Below are positions 1 to 9,215 of a DNA stretch of 64,000 nt, piece by piece. The notes beneath the pieces were generated by a model. The model was not told the DNA's origin and made no database searches. It saw nothing but the letters and a program-made list of their open reading frames with translations. A program made the position numbers and the translations under genes. The stretch comes from an uncultured Actinomycetes bacterium (GTDB taxonomy: Bacteria; Actinomycetota; UBA4738; JACQTL01): assembly GCA_963772375.1 (NCBI GenBank), contig CAVYXG010000007.1, positions 187,926 to 251,925 of the forward strand, in the 5' to 3' direction. Each line of letters opens with the position of its first letter. Positions within the stretch are counted from its first letter, which is position 1.

Positions 1-863
1 CCGACGACAGCGGTTCTGCGCACGGCGTACGCCGCCGCCGGAAGCTGCGCGAACAGGGCCACGCGGGCCAGCGACGAGGCGGCCGCGTAGGCACCCAGCC
101 GCGGCCCCCCGGCCACCCGGACGGCCACCACGTCCACGAACTGCACGAGCCCGACGAACGCGAGCCCGACGATCGAGATCCAGACCTCGGTGGGCACTGC
201 GCGCGCCGTGCCCAGTCGCTGCCGCGGCAGCAGGGCCTTGGTGAGAAGGAGGCCCGCAGCGACTCCCATCGCGAGGCCCGCCGATGCCCCCGTGAGGTGG
301 AGGCCCGCCGAGAGCAGCAGGGCTGCGAACCCGATACGCGCGACGCCCTCGAACAGCATCGTCGCGCCGGAGGTCCCGAGTTTCCCGAGCCCGATCAGCA
401 GGCCTCGTGCCCAGGCGACGAGCATGAGCATCGAGGCGGCCGACAGGAACCAACCGGCCGACCGGAGTGTGGCGCTCACGGGCGCGAGCCCCACGGCTGC
501 TCCGGCGATCGCACAGGTGATGAGCGCGCCCCGCCACGGCGTCCTCGGCACCTCTCCACTCCGGGCCGAGGCCATCGCGCCGCCGCCGAACAGGGCCGAG
601 CTGGGGCCGTTCACCGCCAGCAGGACCCCGAGGAGTGCTGCGAACGTGGCGAAGTCGGTCGGGGACAGCCGTCGCCCGAGCATCGCGTTGAACAGGTAGG
701 TGAGGAGCGCCGCGCCAGCGAACCCGGCTGCGAACACCAACGCCCCACGGAAGTCGCCGTCCCGGCGATCGGCGGGGCGCACCGCCGACCCAGCGTGGTC
801 GTCCGGACCGGCGCCGCCGGTGGCAACGGTGGGCCCTTCGATCGAACCTCCCCCGGTGTTCAC
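1..863 (-). CDS. polytopic membrane protein, N-terminal part only (Wzx/MOP-flippase-like by resemblance); gene runs off the left edge
   Basis: Own minus-strand translation from GTG at 863 (VNTGGGSIEGP...FRGALVFAAGFAGAALLTYLFNAMLGRRLSPTDFATFAALLGVLLAV...) stays open to base 1 and shows successive hydrophobic helices. It is absent from the ORF track because there is no stop in the window. Confidence 0.4.
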   Translation of the reverse strand, partial: MNTGGGSIEGPTVATGGAGPDDHAGSAVRPADRRDGDFRGALVFAAGFAGAALLTYLFNAMLGRRLSPTDFATFAALLGVLLAVNGPSSALFGGGAMASARSGEVPRTPWRGALITCAIAGAAVGLAPVSATLRSAGWFLSAASMLMLVAWARGLLIGLGKLGTSGATMLFEGVARIGFAALLLSAGLHLTGASAGLAMGVAAGLLLTKALLPRQRLGTARAVPTEVWISIVGLAFVGLVQFVDVVAVRVAGGPRLGAYAAASSLARVALFAQLPAAAYAVRRTAVV

Positions 864-959
864 GCCGACCCTGCCTCCTCACCGTCGATTATGGGGGGAT
901 GCCCCTTCCGGAGCCACCCGGCGGCGCCCCGCCGGAGGTCGTCTCGTAGACTCGCGCGG

Positions 960-1253
960 ATGCAGATCGGCGATCTCCAGGACATGCTGCGCCGGACCTA
1001 CGTCGACCGCGACCGCGCGCGGGGTGCGGACGGCGTGTTCCGGTGGATGGTCGAGGAGGTCGGCGAGGTCGCCCGCGCCATGCGCACGCCCCACGACCGG
1101 GAGCACCTCGAGCACGAGTTCTCCGACGTCCTCGCATGGCTCGGCTCGCTGGCGAATCTCCTCGACGTCGACCTCGAGCGCGCGGCCGCCCGCTACGCGA
1201 ACGGCTGCCCGAAGTGCGGGGCGATCCCGTGCGCGTGCGAGGCCGTGCGGTGA
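960..1253 (+). CDS. MazG-like nucleoside triphosphate pyrophosphohydrolase (small, with C-terminal CPKCG..CAC cysteine cluster)
   Basis: ATG at 960 within the 297..1253 ORF. The product MQIGDLQDMLRRTYVDRDRARGADGVFRWMVEEVGEVARAM...EHEFSDVLAWLGSLANLLDVDLE matches the MazG/NTP-PPase helix pattern (EExxE, DxL). Confidence 0.7.
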   Translation: MQIGDLQDMLRRTYVDRDRARGADGVFRWMVEEVGEVARAMRTPHDREHLEHEFSDVLAWLGSLANLLDVDLERAAARYANGCPKCGAIPCACEAVR

Positions 1254-2449
1254 GCGGGATCGAGCTCCGGCCCCCAGGCGAGGACGACCGCGAGCGCATC
1301 CTCGACGTGCAGCAGTCGGCGTTCGGCATCGTGCCCTCGTGGCGGGAACGGGTCGGACCGAACCTCCGCCTCGACCGCTACCTCTGCGCCTACGACGGCG
1401 ACCGCCTGATCGCCACCTCGCTCTCCCATCCCCTCACCCAGTTCTTCGGCGGGAACGACATCGCCTGCGCCGGCGTCGCCGCCGTCGCGGCCATGCCCGA
1501 CACCCGTGGGAGGGGCATCGGCGGGACGCTGGTCGCGGAGCTGATCCGGCGGCAGCGGGACGCCGGGGACGTGTTCAGCACGCTGTACCCCGCCACCGTC
1601 GCCGTGTACCGGAAGCTCGGGTACGAGCTCGCCGGTTCGTACCTCGAGCTCTCGGTCCCGCTCCGCGCGCTCCCCCGGTCCGGCGGCGACGGGATCGAGC
1701 TGCAGACGATCCGCGACGACTCCGCGCTGCCCGAGATGCAGGCCTGCTTCCGGGCGTGGGCGCCCGGCCACAACGGGCCCCTGTGGTTCGGCGACGAGTT
1801 CTGGTGGCGCACGCGGATCATGCGGCTCACCGAACCCGACGTGGTGCCCCACGTGGTGCTCGCCCGGGACGCCGCGTCGGGCCGGCTCGAGGGCTACGCC
1901 TGCTACCAGCGCGGCCCCCGCGAGGGGTTCGGCATGGATCCGGCCTGCACCCACCTGATCGCCCGCACGCGCCGCGCCGCCGAGGCGCTGTTCGGCTACT
2001 TCGGCGGGTACCACAGCATCGGCGCCAAGCTGACCTGGCACGGCCCGCCCGGCGAGCCCCTCGCGATGCTGCTGGCGGAATCACGCTCGGTCACGCAGGC
2101 GTCGGAGTTCCCCTGGATGTCGCGCCTGCTGGACGTCCCGGCGGCTGTCGAGGCGCGCGGCTACGCCGAGGTCGACGGCGAGTGCGCGATCGCGGTCGAC
2201 GACCCGCTGTTCGCTGAGAACCGCGGCCCGTTCCTGATCACGGCGGACGGGGGGAAGGTCACAGTGGAAGGGACCGACCGGGCTTCCGGCGGCCCCATCC
2301 CGATCGGCCTCCTGAGCTCGCTGTTCACGGGGTACCTGTCGACTGCCGACGTGGTCCGGCTGGGCGGCGCGGCGCCGGACGACCCCGCGCTGCGGGTGCT
2401 GTCGCGGCTGTTCGCCGGGCCGGCGCCGTGGAGCCCCGACTTCTTCTGA
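1250..2449 (+). CDS. Eis-like GNAT acetyltransferase with C-terminal SCP2-like domain
   Basis: GTG at 1250 overlaps the MazG stop (GTGA). The product VSGIELRPPGEDDRERILDVQQSAFG...VAAVAAMPDTRGRGIGGTLV...YPATVAVYRKLGYE has the length and architecture typical of the Eis family. Confidence 0.7.
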   Translation: MSGIELRPPGEDDRERILDVQQSAFGIVPSWRERVGPNLRLDRYLCAYDGDRLIATSLSHPLTQFFGGNDIACAGVAAVAAMPDTRGRGIGGTLVAELIRRQRDAGDVFSTLYPATVAVYRKLGYELAGSYLELSVPLRALPRSGGDGIELQTIRDDSALPEMQACFRAWAPGHNGPLWFGDEFWWRTRIMRLTEPDVVPHVVLARDAASGRLEGYACYQRGPREGFGMDPACTHLIARTRRAAEALFGYFGGYHSIGAKLTWHGPPGEPLAMLLAESRSVTQASEFPWMSRLLDVPAAVEARGYAEVDGECAIAVDDPLFAENRGPFLITADGGKVTVEGTDRASGGPIPIGLLSSLFTGYLSTADVVRLGGAAPDDPALRVLSRLFAGPAPWSPDFF

Positions 2450-2465
2450 TGGGTACCGGGTCCTG

Positions 2466-2942
2466 ATGCCCACCGTCCGAAACGCCACCGAGGACGACTG
2501 GCCCGCCGTCGAGGGGCTCCTCGCCGAGCTGGGCCGGCCGGACGTCCGCGGGGCGCCCGAGGAGGACACGGCGCGCCGGATCTACCTCGGATACCTGGAG
2601 CGGGACGACGCAGAGGCCCTGGTCGCCGAGGAGGACGGCCGGGTCGTCGGGTTCGTCGACATGGAGTACCGGGTCCGGCTGAACTTCACGACGCCCCAGG
2701 CGTGGATCCCCGACCTCGTCGTCGCCGAGGACGGCCGCGGCCGGGGCGTCGGCGCCGCTCTGCTGACGCGATGCCTGGAGCGGGCCCGGGAACGTGACTG
2801 CTGGAGCCTCAGCCTGGAGTCGTCGAACTGGCGCGAGCGGGCCCACGCGTTCTACCTCCGGGAGGGCCTCGTCGACGGGGCGAAGTCGTTCTCCGTGGCC
2901 CTGTCGGAGGCCGGGGCGAACTGGCCGCCGAAGCCACGGTGA
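2466..2942 (+). CDS. GNAT family N-acetyltransferase
   Basis: 158-aa ORF with the acetyl-CoA motif VAEDGRGRGVGAALL and C-terminal NWRERAHAFYLREG. Confidence 0.75.
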   Translation: MPTVRNATEDDWPAVEGLLAELGRPDVRGAPEEDTARRIYLGYLERDDAEALVAEEDGRVVGFVDMEYRVRLNFTTPQAWIPDLVVAEDGRGRGVGAALLTRCLERARERDCWSLSLESSNWRERAHAFYLREGLVDGAKSFSVALSEAGANWPPKPR

Positions 2943-3004
2943 TCACGGGCCCGGCCGCCGGTTCACTGGCCCAAGCGCCCGCCCACTGGTAGAACCTGCC
3001 AACG

Positions 3005-4834
3005 ATGTCGTCGTCTCCCTCGCATCTCGGCCCCGGAACGCTCCTGCGCGACTACCGCATCGAGTCGGAGCTCGGCCGCGGTGGCCAGGGCGTCGTCTAT
3101 CTCGCGGAGCACGTCCACCTCCGACGGCGGGTCGCGCTGAAGGTCCTGCCGCCCGAGCTCGCCGCCGACTCGGACTTCCGCGAGCGGTTCCTCCGCGAGG
3201 CCCGGATCGCGGCCGCCCTCGAGCACCCCAACATCCTGCCGATCTACGACGCCAGCGAGGCGGACGGCGTCCTGTTCCTGGCCATGCGCCTGGTGCAGGG
3301 GGAGGACCTCGGGATCGTCCTCCAGCGCGACGGCGCGATCGACCCGGTCCGTGCGCTGGGCGTCCTGGCCAAGGTGGCCGGCGCCCTGGACGAGGCGCAC
3401 TCGAAGGGCTTGGTGCACCGCGACGTGAAGCCCAGCAACATCCTGCTCGAGGCTCCGGACCGGGTGTTCCTGTCGGACTTCGGGCTGGGGAAGGTGTTCG
3501 GCGACTCCACCGGACAGCCCGGGCAGCCGTCCTCGGCGCCGGGGATCTCCGGCGAGTCGCGGGCCCTCACCCGGGCCGGGTACTTCGTCGGAACGCCGCA
3601 CTACGCCGCGCCCGAGCAGATCCAGGGCGGCCCCATCGGGCCGTGGACCGACGAGTACGCGCTGGCGGCGGTGCTGTTCGAGAGCGTCACCGGACGCGTG
3701 CCGTTCCCCCGCGACGTCGAGACCGCCACGCTCGTCGCGCACGTGACCGAACGCGTCCCCGCGCCGTCCAGCTTGCGGCCGAACCTGCCCTCGGCGCTCG
3801 ATCGCGTGATCACCTCGGGGATGGCGAAGCGGCCGGAGGAGCGCTACCGGACGTGCTCCGACCTCGTCGTGGCGGCCCGGTCGGCCGTGGCCGGGGGCGC
3901 AACGATCGCCGCGCCGGCCCCCGCGATCCCGGCGGGCTCCGGCGTGTTCTCCTCGTCCGGAACGTCGGCACCCGGCTTCTCCACATCGGGCGTCTCGGCG
4001 CCCGGCGTCACCCCGCCCCCCGCGCCGCCCATCCGGTTCGGTGGCGGACGCCCGCCGTCCGGCCCCCGGCGGCGGTTCGGCCCCTGGATGATCGGCGCCG
4101 CGGCCGGCGTGGCCGTCGCGATCGTCGCCGGGATCGTGTTCCTCGCCGGGGGCTCCCCGTCGCCCCGGCCCTCGCCCAGCCTGAGCGGCCTCCCGACGCC
4201 GACGGTCGGCCCCACCACCGCGTCGACGACGGCCCCCACCACCGCGCCGCCCACCTCCGGCCCGAAACCGACCACCGGGCCGCCCCCGCTCACCGAGACG
4301 ACGGCCACGAGGGTCGAGCCGTTCGACGGCGCCGGGAACATCCAGCCGCCGTTCACCCAGACGGAGGAGCACAGGGGCACCTGCTTCACCGGTTCGCTGG
4401 TGAACAACCGTCCGGACGCCTGGCGATGCTTCGCCAACGGCAACAGCCAGATCTTCGACCCGTGCTTCGAGAACTTCCCCGGGAACGCCACCCGCGTCGG
4501 CTGTCTGGCGAACCCGAACGACCACGGCGTGGTGCTGATCAACCTGACGCAGCCGCTCGACCCCGCGGGCGCGAATCCCGGGGGCGGCCCGCCGGGCGAC
4601 TGGGCGGTCGTCCTCGCCGACGACGGGACCACCTGCCTTCGGTTCGGCGGCGCGAGCGACCAGAAGATCGGGGGCAAGCCGGTGGAGTTCTTCTGTCAGG
4701 ACGGCCGGGCGATCGGCGGCGGGATCGATCGGAAGCAGGCCCTCTGGCGCGCCCTGGTGGGGGAGCTGAAGCCGAAGAAGGGCCAGCCGCCCAAGAGCCC
4801 GGACATCGTGAACATCACCCAGGCGTTCAGCTAG
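3005..4834 (+). CDS. Ser/Thr protein kinase: Hanks kinase domain, Pro/Thr-rich linker, one TM helix, Cys-rich extracellular domain of unknown family
   Basis: GRGGQGVVYLA (P-loop), VALKVL, HRDVKPSNILL, DFGLGK, GTPHYAAPE. TM helix WMIGAAAGVAVAIVAGIVFLAGG. The C-terminal approx 170 aa carry 6 Cys. Confidence 0.9.
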   Translation: MSSSPSHLGPGTLLRDYRIESELGRGGQGVVYLAEHVHLRRRVALKVLPPELAADSDFRERFLREARIAAALEHPNILPIYDASEADGVLFLAMRLVQGEDLGIVLQRDGAIDPVRALGVLAKVAGALDEAHSKGLVHRDVKPSNILLEAPDRVFLSDFGLGKVFGDSTGQPGQPSSAPGISGESRALTRAGYFVGTPHYAAPEQIQGGPIGPWTDEYALAAVLFESVTGRVPFPRDVETATLVAHVTERVPAPSSLRPNLPSALDRVITSGMAKRPEERYRTCSDLVVAARSAVAGGATIAAPAPAIPAGSGVFSSSGTSAPGFSTSGVSAPGVTPPPAPPIRFGGGRPPSGPRRRFGPWMIGAAAGVAVAIVAGIVFLAGGSPSPRPSPSLSGLPTPTVGPTTASTTAPTTAPPTSGPKPTTGPPPLTETTATRVEPFDGAGNIQPPFTQTEEHRGTCFTGSLVNNRPDAWRCFANGNSQIFDPCFENFPGNATRVGCLANPNDHGVVLINLTQPLDPAGANPGGGPPGDWAVVLADDGTTCLRFGGASDQKIGGKPVEFFCQDGRAIGGGIDRKQALWRALVGELKPKKGQPPKSPDIVNITQAFS

Positions 4835-4858
4835 CAACCGGGTCGCGACGGCCCGGCG

Positions 4859-5890
4859 TCAGCGGCCGGTGGCGAACAGCGTCTCAGCGATCTGCACGGA
4901 GTTGAGCGCGGCGCCCTTGCGGAGGTTGTCGCCGCTCGCGAACAGCAGCAGCCCGTCGTCGCGGCCGGCGGCCCGGCGGATCCGCCCGACCAGCACGTCG
5001 TCGATGCCGGCGGCGTCGAGCGGCGTGGGGTACTCGCCCCGGGACGGGTCGTCCACCACCCGCACCCCGGGCGAGCGCCGGAGCACCCCGCGCGCCTCGT
5101 CGGGGGTGGTCGCACGCGAGAAGGTCGCCGAGATGGCCACCGAGTGCCCCGTGACCACCGGCACGCGGACCACCGTGGCCTGGACCTCCAGGTTGGGCAG
5201 CTCGAGGATCTTCCGCGACTCGTGGAGCAGCTTGCGCTCCTCGCCGGTCCAGTCGTCCTCGTCCATGCCCCCCTGCAGGGCCAGCACGTTGAACGCGATC
5301 GTCCTGCCGTAGATCTCGCCGACCGGCAGCGCGTCGTGGTCGGGCGACACGAGCGACTCCACGTCACCGGCCATCTTGCCGACCTGGTCCGCCAGCTCGC
5401 GGATCCCCTTCATACCGCTGCCCGACACCGACTGGTATGAGGCCACCACCATCCTCCGCAGACCGATCGCGCGGTGGAGCGGCCCGATCGCCATCACCGT
5501 GGTGATCGCCGTGCAGTTCGGGTTGGCGATGATGCCGGCATGGCCGGTCAGTGCGTGGGCATTGACCTCGGGGACCACCAGCGGAACGTCCGGCGCCATC
5601 CGCCACGCGCTCGAGTTGTCGACGCACACGACGCCCATCGATGCGGCATCCCGGCAGATCGAGCGCGACACGGTGGCCCCCGCGGACAGCAGGGCGAGGT
5701 CGCACCCCTTCAGCGCGTCGAGCGACAGCTCGCGGACGGTGACCTCCTCGCCCCGGAACGGCACCCGGGTCCCGGCCGTCCTCGCGCTGGCCAGCGGCAC
5801 GAGCTCGTCGACGGGGAACGCCCGCTGTTCCAGCGTCCCGGTCATCTCCCGTCCGACGGCGCCGGTCGCGCCGATCACCGCGACCCGCAT
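4859..5890 (-). CDS. asd: aspartate-semialdehyde dehydrogenase
   Basis: ATG at 5890 ([16 protein letters not shown]...), active-site region IIANPNCTAI, SYQSVSGSG. The start overlaps the ask stop by ATGA. Confidence 0.95.
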   Translation of the reverse strand: MRVAVIGATGAVGREMTGTLEQRAFPVDELVPLASARTAGTRVPFRGEEVTVRELSLDALKGCDLALLSAGATVSRSICRDAASMGVVCVDNSSAWRMAPDVPLVVPEVNAHALTGHAGIIANPNCTAITTVMAIGPLHRAIGLRRMVVASYQSVSGSGMKGIRELADQVGKMAGDVESLVSPDHDALPVGEIYGRTIAFNVLALQGGMDEDDWTGEERKLLHESRKILELPNLEVQATVVRVPVVTGHSVAISATFSRATTPDEARGVLRRSPGVRVVDDPSRGEYPTPLDAAGIDDVLVGRIRRAAGRDDGLLLFASGDNLRKGAALNSVQIAETLFATGR

Positions 5891-6390
5891 CAGCGGTCCT
5901 CGCGCTTCTCGGCCTCGTTCCCGAGATCGAACTTCGCGTGCACCGCCCGTACGGCCCGATCGGCGTCGGCCGCGCGCACGACGCACGACACGCGGATCGA
6001 CGACGTCGAGATCATCTCGATGTTGATCCGCTCGTCGGCGAGCGCGGCGAACATGTCGGCCGCCACGCCGGGGTGGCTCTTCATGCCGGCGCCCACCAGC
6101 GAGACCTTCGCCACGCCGTCGTCCATCTCGAACCCGAACGCCCCCACCTCCTGGATCACGGCGTCCATGACGGCCTTCAGGCGCGGGAGGTCGGCCTTCG
6201 GCGCCGTGAACGACACGTCGGTACGCCCGTCGTGGGAGACGTTCTGCACGATCATGTCGATGTTCACGCCCTCGTCGGCCACCGCGCGGAAGATCGCCGC
6301 CGCCACGCCGGGCCGGTCGGGGACGTTCTGCAGCGTGACCTTCGCCTCGGTGTCGTCGCTCGCCACCCCCGAGATCAGGGCCTGTTCCAT
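5890..6390 (-). CDS. putative aspartate kinase beta subunit from an in-frame internal start
   Basis: GGAGGAAG lies 8-9 nt upstream of the in-frame ATG at 6390. The product starts [20 protein letters not shown], i.e. only the ACT domains. By analogy with Corynebacterium and Mycobacterium lysC. Confidence 0.45.
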   Translation of the reverse strand: MEQALISGVASDDTEAKVTLQNVPDRPGVAAAIFRAVADEGVNIDMIVQNVSHDGRTDVSFTAPKADLPRLKAVMDAVIQEVGAFGFEMDDGVAKVSLVGAGMKSHPGVAADMFAALADERINIEMISTSSIRVSCVVRAADADRAVRAVHAKFDLGNEAEKREDR

Positions 6391-7128
6391 GCGTTCGTCT
6401 TCCTCCGTCACCCACGTGCCGTCGTCGTCGGTGAACGACGAGCGCACGTGGAGCAGCACGTTGTTGCGCCGAGCGTACTCGACTGCCCTGCCCTGGAGGA
6501 CCTGCGCACCGGCGGCCGCGAGCTCGAGCATCTCCTCGAACGACACGGCGTGCAGCTGGCGCGCGTCCGGCTCCACGCGGGGGTCGGCGGTGAACACGCC
6601 CGGCACGTCGGTGTAGATCTCGCAGAACTCCGCATCCAGCGCGGCCGCGAGGGCAACGGCCGTCGTGTCGCTGCCGCCCCGGCCGAGCGTCGTCACGTCG
6701 GCGGTCGCGGAGACCCCCTGGAACCCGGCCACGATCACGATCGCGCCCTCGGCCACGGCCTGCAGGATCCGCCCGGGGCGGACGTCGATGATCTTGGCGT
6801 TGCCGTGGCGGGTGTCGGTGATGATCCCGGCCTGGGAGCCCGTGTACGAGGCCGCGCGGTGGCCGCGGTCGTTGATCGCGATGGCGAGGAGCGACATCGC
6901 GATGCGCTCGCCGGCCGTGAGCAGCATGTCGAGCTCGCGGGGGTTGGGGATCGGCGCGATGTCGTGCGCCATCTGCATGAGCTCGTCGGTGGAGTGGCCC
7001 ATGGCGGACACGACCACCACGACGTCGTAGCCGGACTCGCGGGCCTTGACGACGCGATCGGCGACGGCCCGGATGCGCCCGGCGTCGCCGACGGACGTCC
7101 CGCCGTACTTCTGCACGATCACCGGCAT
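5890..7128 (-). CDS. lysC: aspartate kinase (alpha subunit reading frame)
   Basis: [26 protein letters not shown]...[14 protein letters not shown], two C-terminal ACT domains. Classic ask-asd operon order. Confidence 0.95.
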   Translation of the reverse strand: MPVIVQKYGGTSVGDAGRIRAVADRVVKARESGYDVVVVVSAMGHSTDELMQMAHDIAPIPNPRELDMLLTAGERIAMSLLAIAINDRGHRAASYTGSQAGIITDTRHGNAKIIDVRPGRILQAVAEGAIVIVAGFQGVSATADVTTLGRGGSDTTAVALAAALDAEFCEIYTDVPGVFTADPRVEPDARQLHAVSFEEMLELAAAGAQVLQGRAVEYARRNNVLLHVRSSFTDDDGTWVTEEDERMEQALISGVASDDTEAKVTLQNVPDRPGVAAAIFRAVADEGVNIDMIVQNVSHDGRTDVSFTAPKADLPRLKAVMDAVIQEVGAFGFEMDDGVAKVSLVGAGMKSHPGVAADMFAALADERINIEMISTSSIRVSCVVRAADADRAVRAVHAKFDLGNEAEKREDR

Positions 7129-7211
7129 GCCGACGAGCCTCCTGGAGGGGCCGGAGCGTTCAGGGTAACAGCCGGTCCGCGCCGTCCCGGGGAGGCCCTA
7201 CAGTCGCCGGT

Positions 7212-7649
7212 GTGCGACCGATGTGGGTGTGCCCCGCCTGCGGCAGGAGCTTCGCGAACCGCAACCAGACGCACACGTGCCGGGCCCTGGGATCGGTCGA
7301 GGACCACCTGCGGGGCAAGCCCGCCGAGGTGGTGGCGACCTACCGCGCCCTGGAGGCGGCCGTGCTCGCGCTCGGCCCGGTCGAGGTCCTCGCCGAGCGG
7401 TCCCGCATTGCGTTTCATGTGCGGCTGAGCTTTGCCGGGTGCGTCGTTCGGAGGCGGTGGGTGGATGCGACGGTGCTCCTCGCCCGGCGGCTGGAGAGCC
7501 CCCGGTTCGCGAAGGTCGTGACCTATTCGCCGCGGAACCACGGCCTCACGTTCCGGCTGACCTCGCCGGGCGAGGTCGATGACGAGGTGGCGCGGTGGCT
7601 GGCCGAGGCGTACGAGGTCGGCCTCCAGCGCCACCTCGGCCACCGATAG
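7212..7649 (+). CDS. DUF5655-like small protein with N-terminal CxxC..HxC zinc-ribbon-like motif
   Basis: 145-aa ORF MWVCPACGRSFANRNQTHTC...IAFHVRLSFAG...FRLTSPGEVDDEVARWLAEAY. Family assignment from memory. Confidence 0.55.
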   Translation: MRPMWVCPACGRSFANRNQTHTCRALGSVEDHLRGKPAEVVATYRALEAAVLALGPVEVLAERSRIAFHVRLSFAGCVVRRRWVDATVLLARRLESPRFAKVVTYSPRNHGLTFRLTSPGEVDDEVARWLAEAYEVGLQRHLGHR

Positions 7650-7659
7650 CGTCCCGCGT

Positions 7660-8325
7660 TCAGGCCCGGACCCGGGCCCTGCGGATCGGGCGGTCGGCGT
7701 CGAACACCAGACGCCTCGCCAACGAGCGGATCCAGCCGTCCTCGCGGGCCACCGGGCCCACCCCGACCAGGCGGCGGGCGAGGATCACCCCGAGCACCCC
7801 GGCCCCCATCGCGACCATCCCGCGGGGCCGCCCGGTGGCCGCGGCGACCACCGGCACGGCGGTGAAGCCAGCCGTGCTTCCTGCGCCGGTGTGCCCGAGC
7901 GCCTTGCCGGCCAGCAGGACCGACCCTGCGACGACCATCTCCAGCGGAAGGTTGACGAGGGTCACGCCGGCCGCGGCCGCCAGGCCGCGGCCGGCGAAGG
8001 GCCGGGCGAACGGCGGGAAGGCGTGGCCGGCCACGACGGCCACGCCGGTCGCGGCCCGCCACCCGGTCGTGAGCCCCGCCCGTCGCGCGGCGGCCGCCAC
8101 CACCACTGCCTTGGCAACGTCCCCGCCTATCGCGACGGCGGTGGCGGCGGGGCCGGCGTGCTCGGCGAGCAGGAGGTGCGCGTCGGCGACGGAGGAGTCT
8201 GCGGACGCCAGTTCGACGACTGCCCGCGCGCCCGTCGCCCGCGCGACCAGGTAGGCCGCCGGGATCGAGCCGACGAGATAGCCACCGACGACCCAGAGGG
8301 CGCCTCGGGGCCGGCCGGCGCTCAT
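7660..8325 (-). CDS. PlsY-family (glycerol-3-phosphate acyltransferase-like) membrane protein, divergent
   Basis: ATG at 8325 overlaps the degV stop. YLVGSIPAAYLVA and VAGHAFPPF..FAGRGLAAAAG resemble PlsY motifs. The GSGNxGATN motif is not recognisable. Confidence 0.55.
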   Translation of the reverse strand: MSAGRPRGALWVVGGYLVGSIPAAYLVARATGARAVVELASADSSVADAHLLLAEHAGPAATAVAIGGDVAKAVVVAAAARRAGLTTGWRAATGVAVVAGHAFPPFARPFAGRGLAAAAGVTLVNLPLEMVVAGSVLLAGKALGHTGAGSTAGFTAVPVVAAATGRPRGMVAMGAGVLGVILARRLVGVGPVAREDGWIRSLARRLVFDADRPIRRARVRA

Positions 8326-9140
8326 TCGCGCCACCAGGCCGCGCCGACCAGCCCCGGCCCGGCGCTCGCCCCGATGACCGGTGTGACCGGCACCAGGAAC
8401 TCCTCGGCGACCTCGGCTCGGGCGCGGACGAGCTCTAGCAGCGTGCGGGCGTCGTCCTCGGCCGCCGCGTGCAGGGCCGCGACGTGCAGCGGTCCGCGCG
8501 CCATCCCGTCCACCGCGGCGTCCGCCAGCATCGCGAGCGCCCGGGACCGGGTCCGGGCCCGCCCGGCCGGTTCGATCTCGCCGCCCTGCAGCCGGAAGAG
8601 CGGCCGGATCGAGAGCGCCGTGGCCGCATACGCCTGGAAGCGGGTCACGCGCCCGGTTCGCCGGAGATGGTCGAACGACTCGATCGCGCCCTGCAGGTGC
8701 ACCCGGTCGGCCACCGCTCGCCCTCGCGCGACGACGTCGGCGACCGTGGCGCCGTTCCGGGCCGCCCTCGCCGCCTCGACGGCCACGAAGCCCTCGGCCA
8801 TGCTCGCGGTCCTCGAGTCGACCACCTCCACCCGAACCGCGCTGCGCTCGGCGGCGAGCACGGCCTCGTGGTGGGTCGACGAGAGTGCGGCCGCGAGCGT
8901 CACGCAAACGACCTCGTCAGAACCGGCGCCCTCGAACCCCTCCTGCCACTCCCCCACCGACGGCGCCGCGGTGGACGCGACCTCGCCTCCGGCCAGCCGC
9001 CGGTAGACCTCCGCCGAATCCTCGCCGTCGACGACGACCTCCTCGCCGAATCGCACCTGGAGGGGCACGACGCTGATCCCGAGTTCGCGGGCGAGCTCCG
9101 GCGGCACGTTCGCCGCGCTGTCCGTGACCACCGCCACCAT
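8322..9140 (-). CDS. DegV family fatty-acid-binding protein
   Basis: ATG at 9140. MVAVVTDSAANVPPELARELGISVVPLQV...SSTHHEA...ASMAEGF...PVIGASAGPGLVG is typical DegV. Confidence 0.85.
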   Translation of the reverse strand: MVAVVTDSAANVPPELARELGISVVPLQVRFGEEVVVDGEDSAEVYRRLAGGEVASTAAPSVGEWQEGFEGAGSDEVVCVTLAAALSSTHHEAVLAAERSAVRVEVVDSRTASMAEGFVAVEAARAARNGATVADVVARGRAVADRVHLQGAIESFDHLRRTGRVTRFQAYAATALSIRPLFRLQGGEIEPAGRARTRSRALAMLADAAVDGMARGPLHVAALHAAAEDDARTLLELVRARAEVAEEFLVPVTPVIGASAGPGLVGAAWWRE

Positions 9141-9215
9141 CGGCTTTTCGTCCTCCCGCAGCCGCCGGGCACGCTCCCGGCGCCGACACAAGTGCCTCGT
9201 AGGATTGAACACGGG

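Noticed and set aside
190-959. Plus-strand ORFs 190..699 and the first 220 codons of 297..1253
   Set aside because: They overlap the better-supported minus-strand membrane-protein frame and have junk-like translations. Only the last 97 codons (MazG-like, from 960) are credible.
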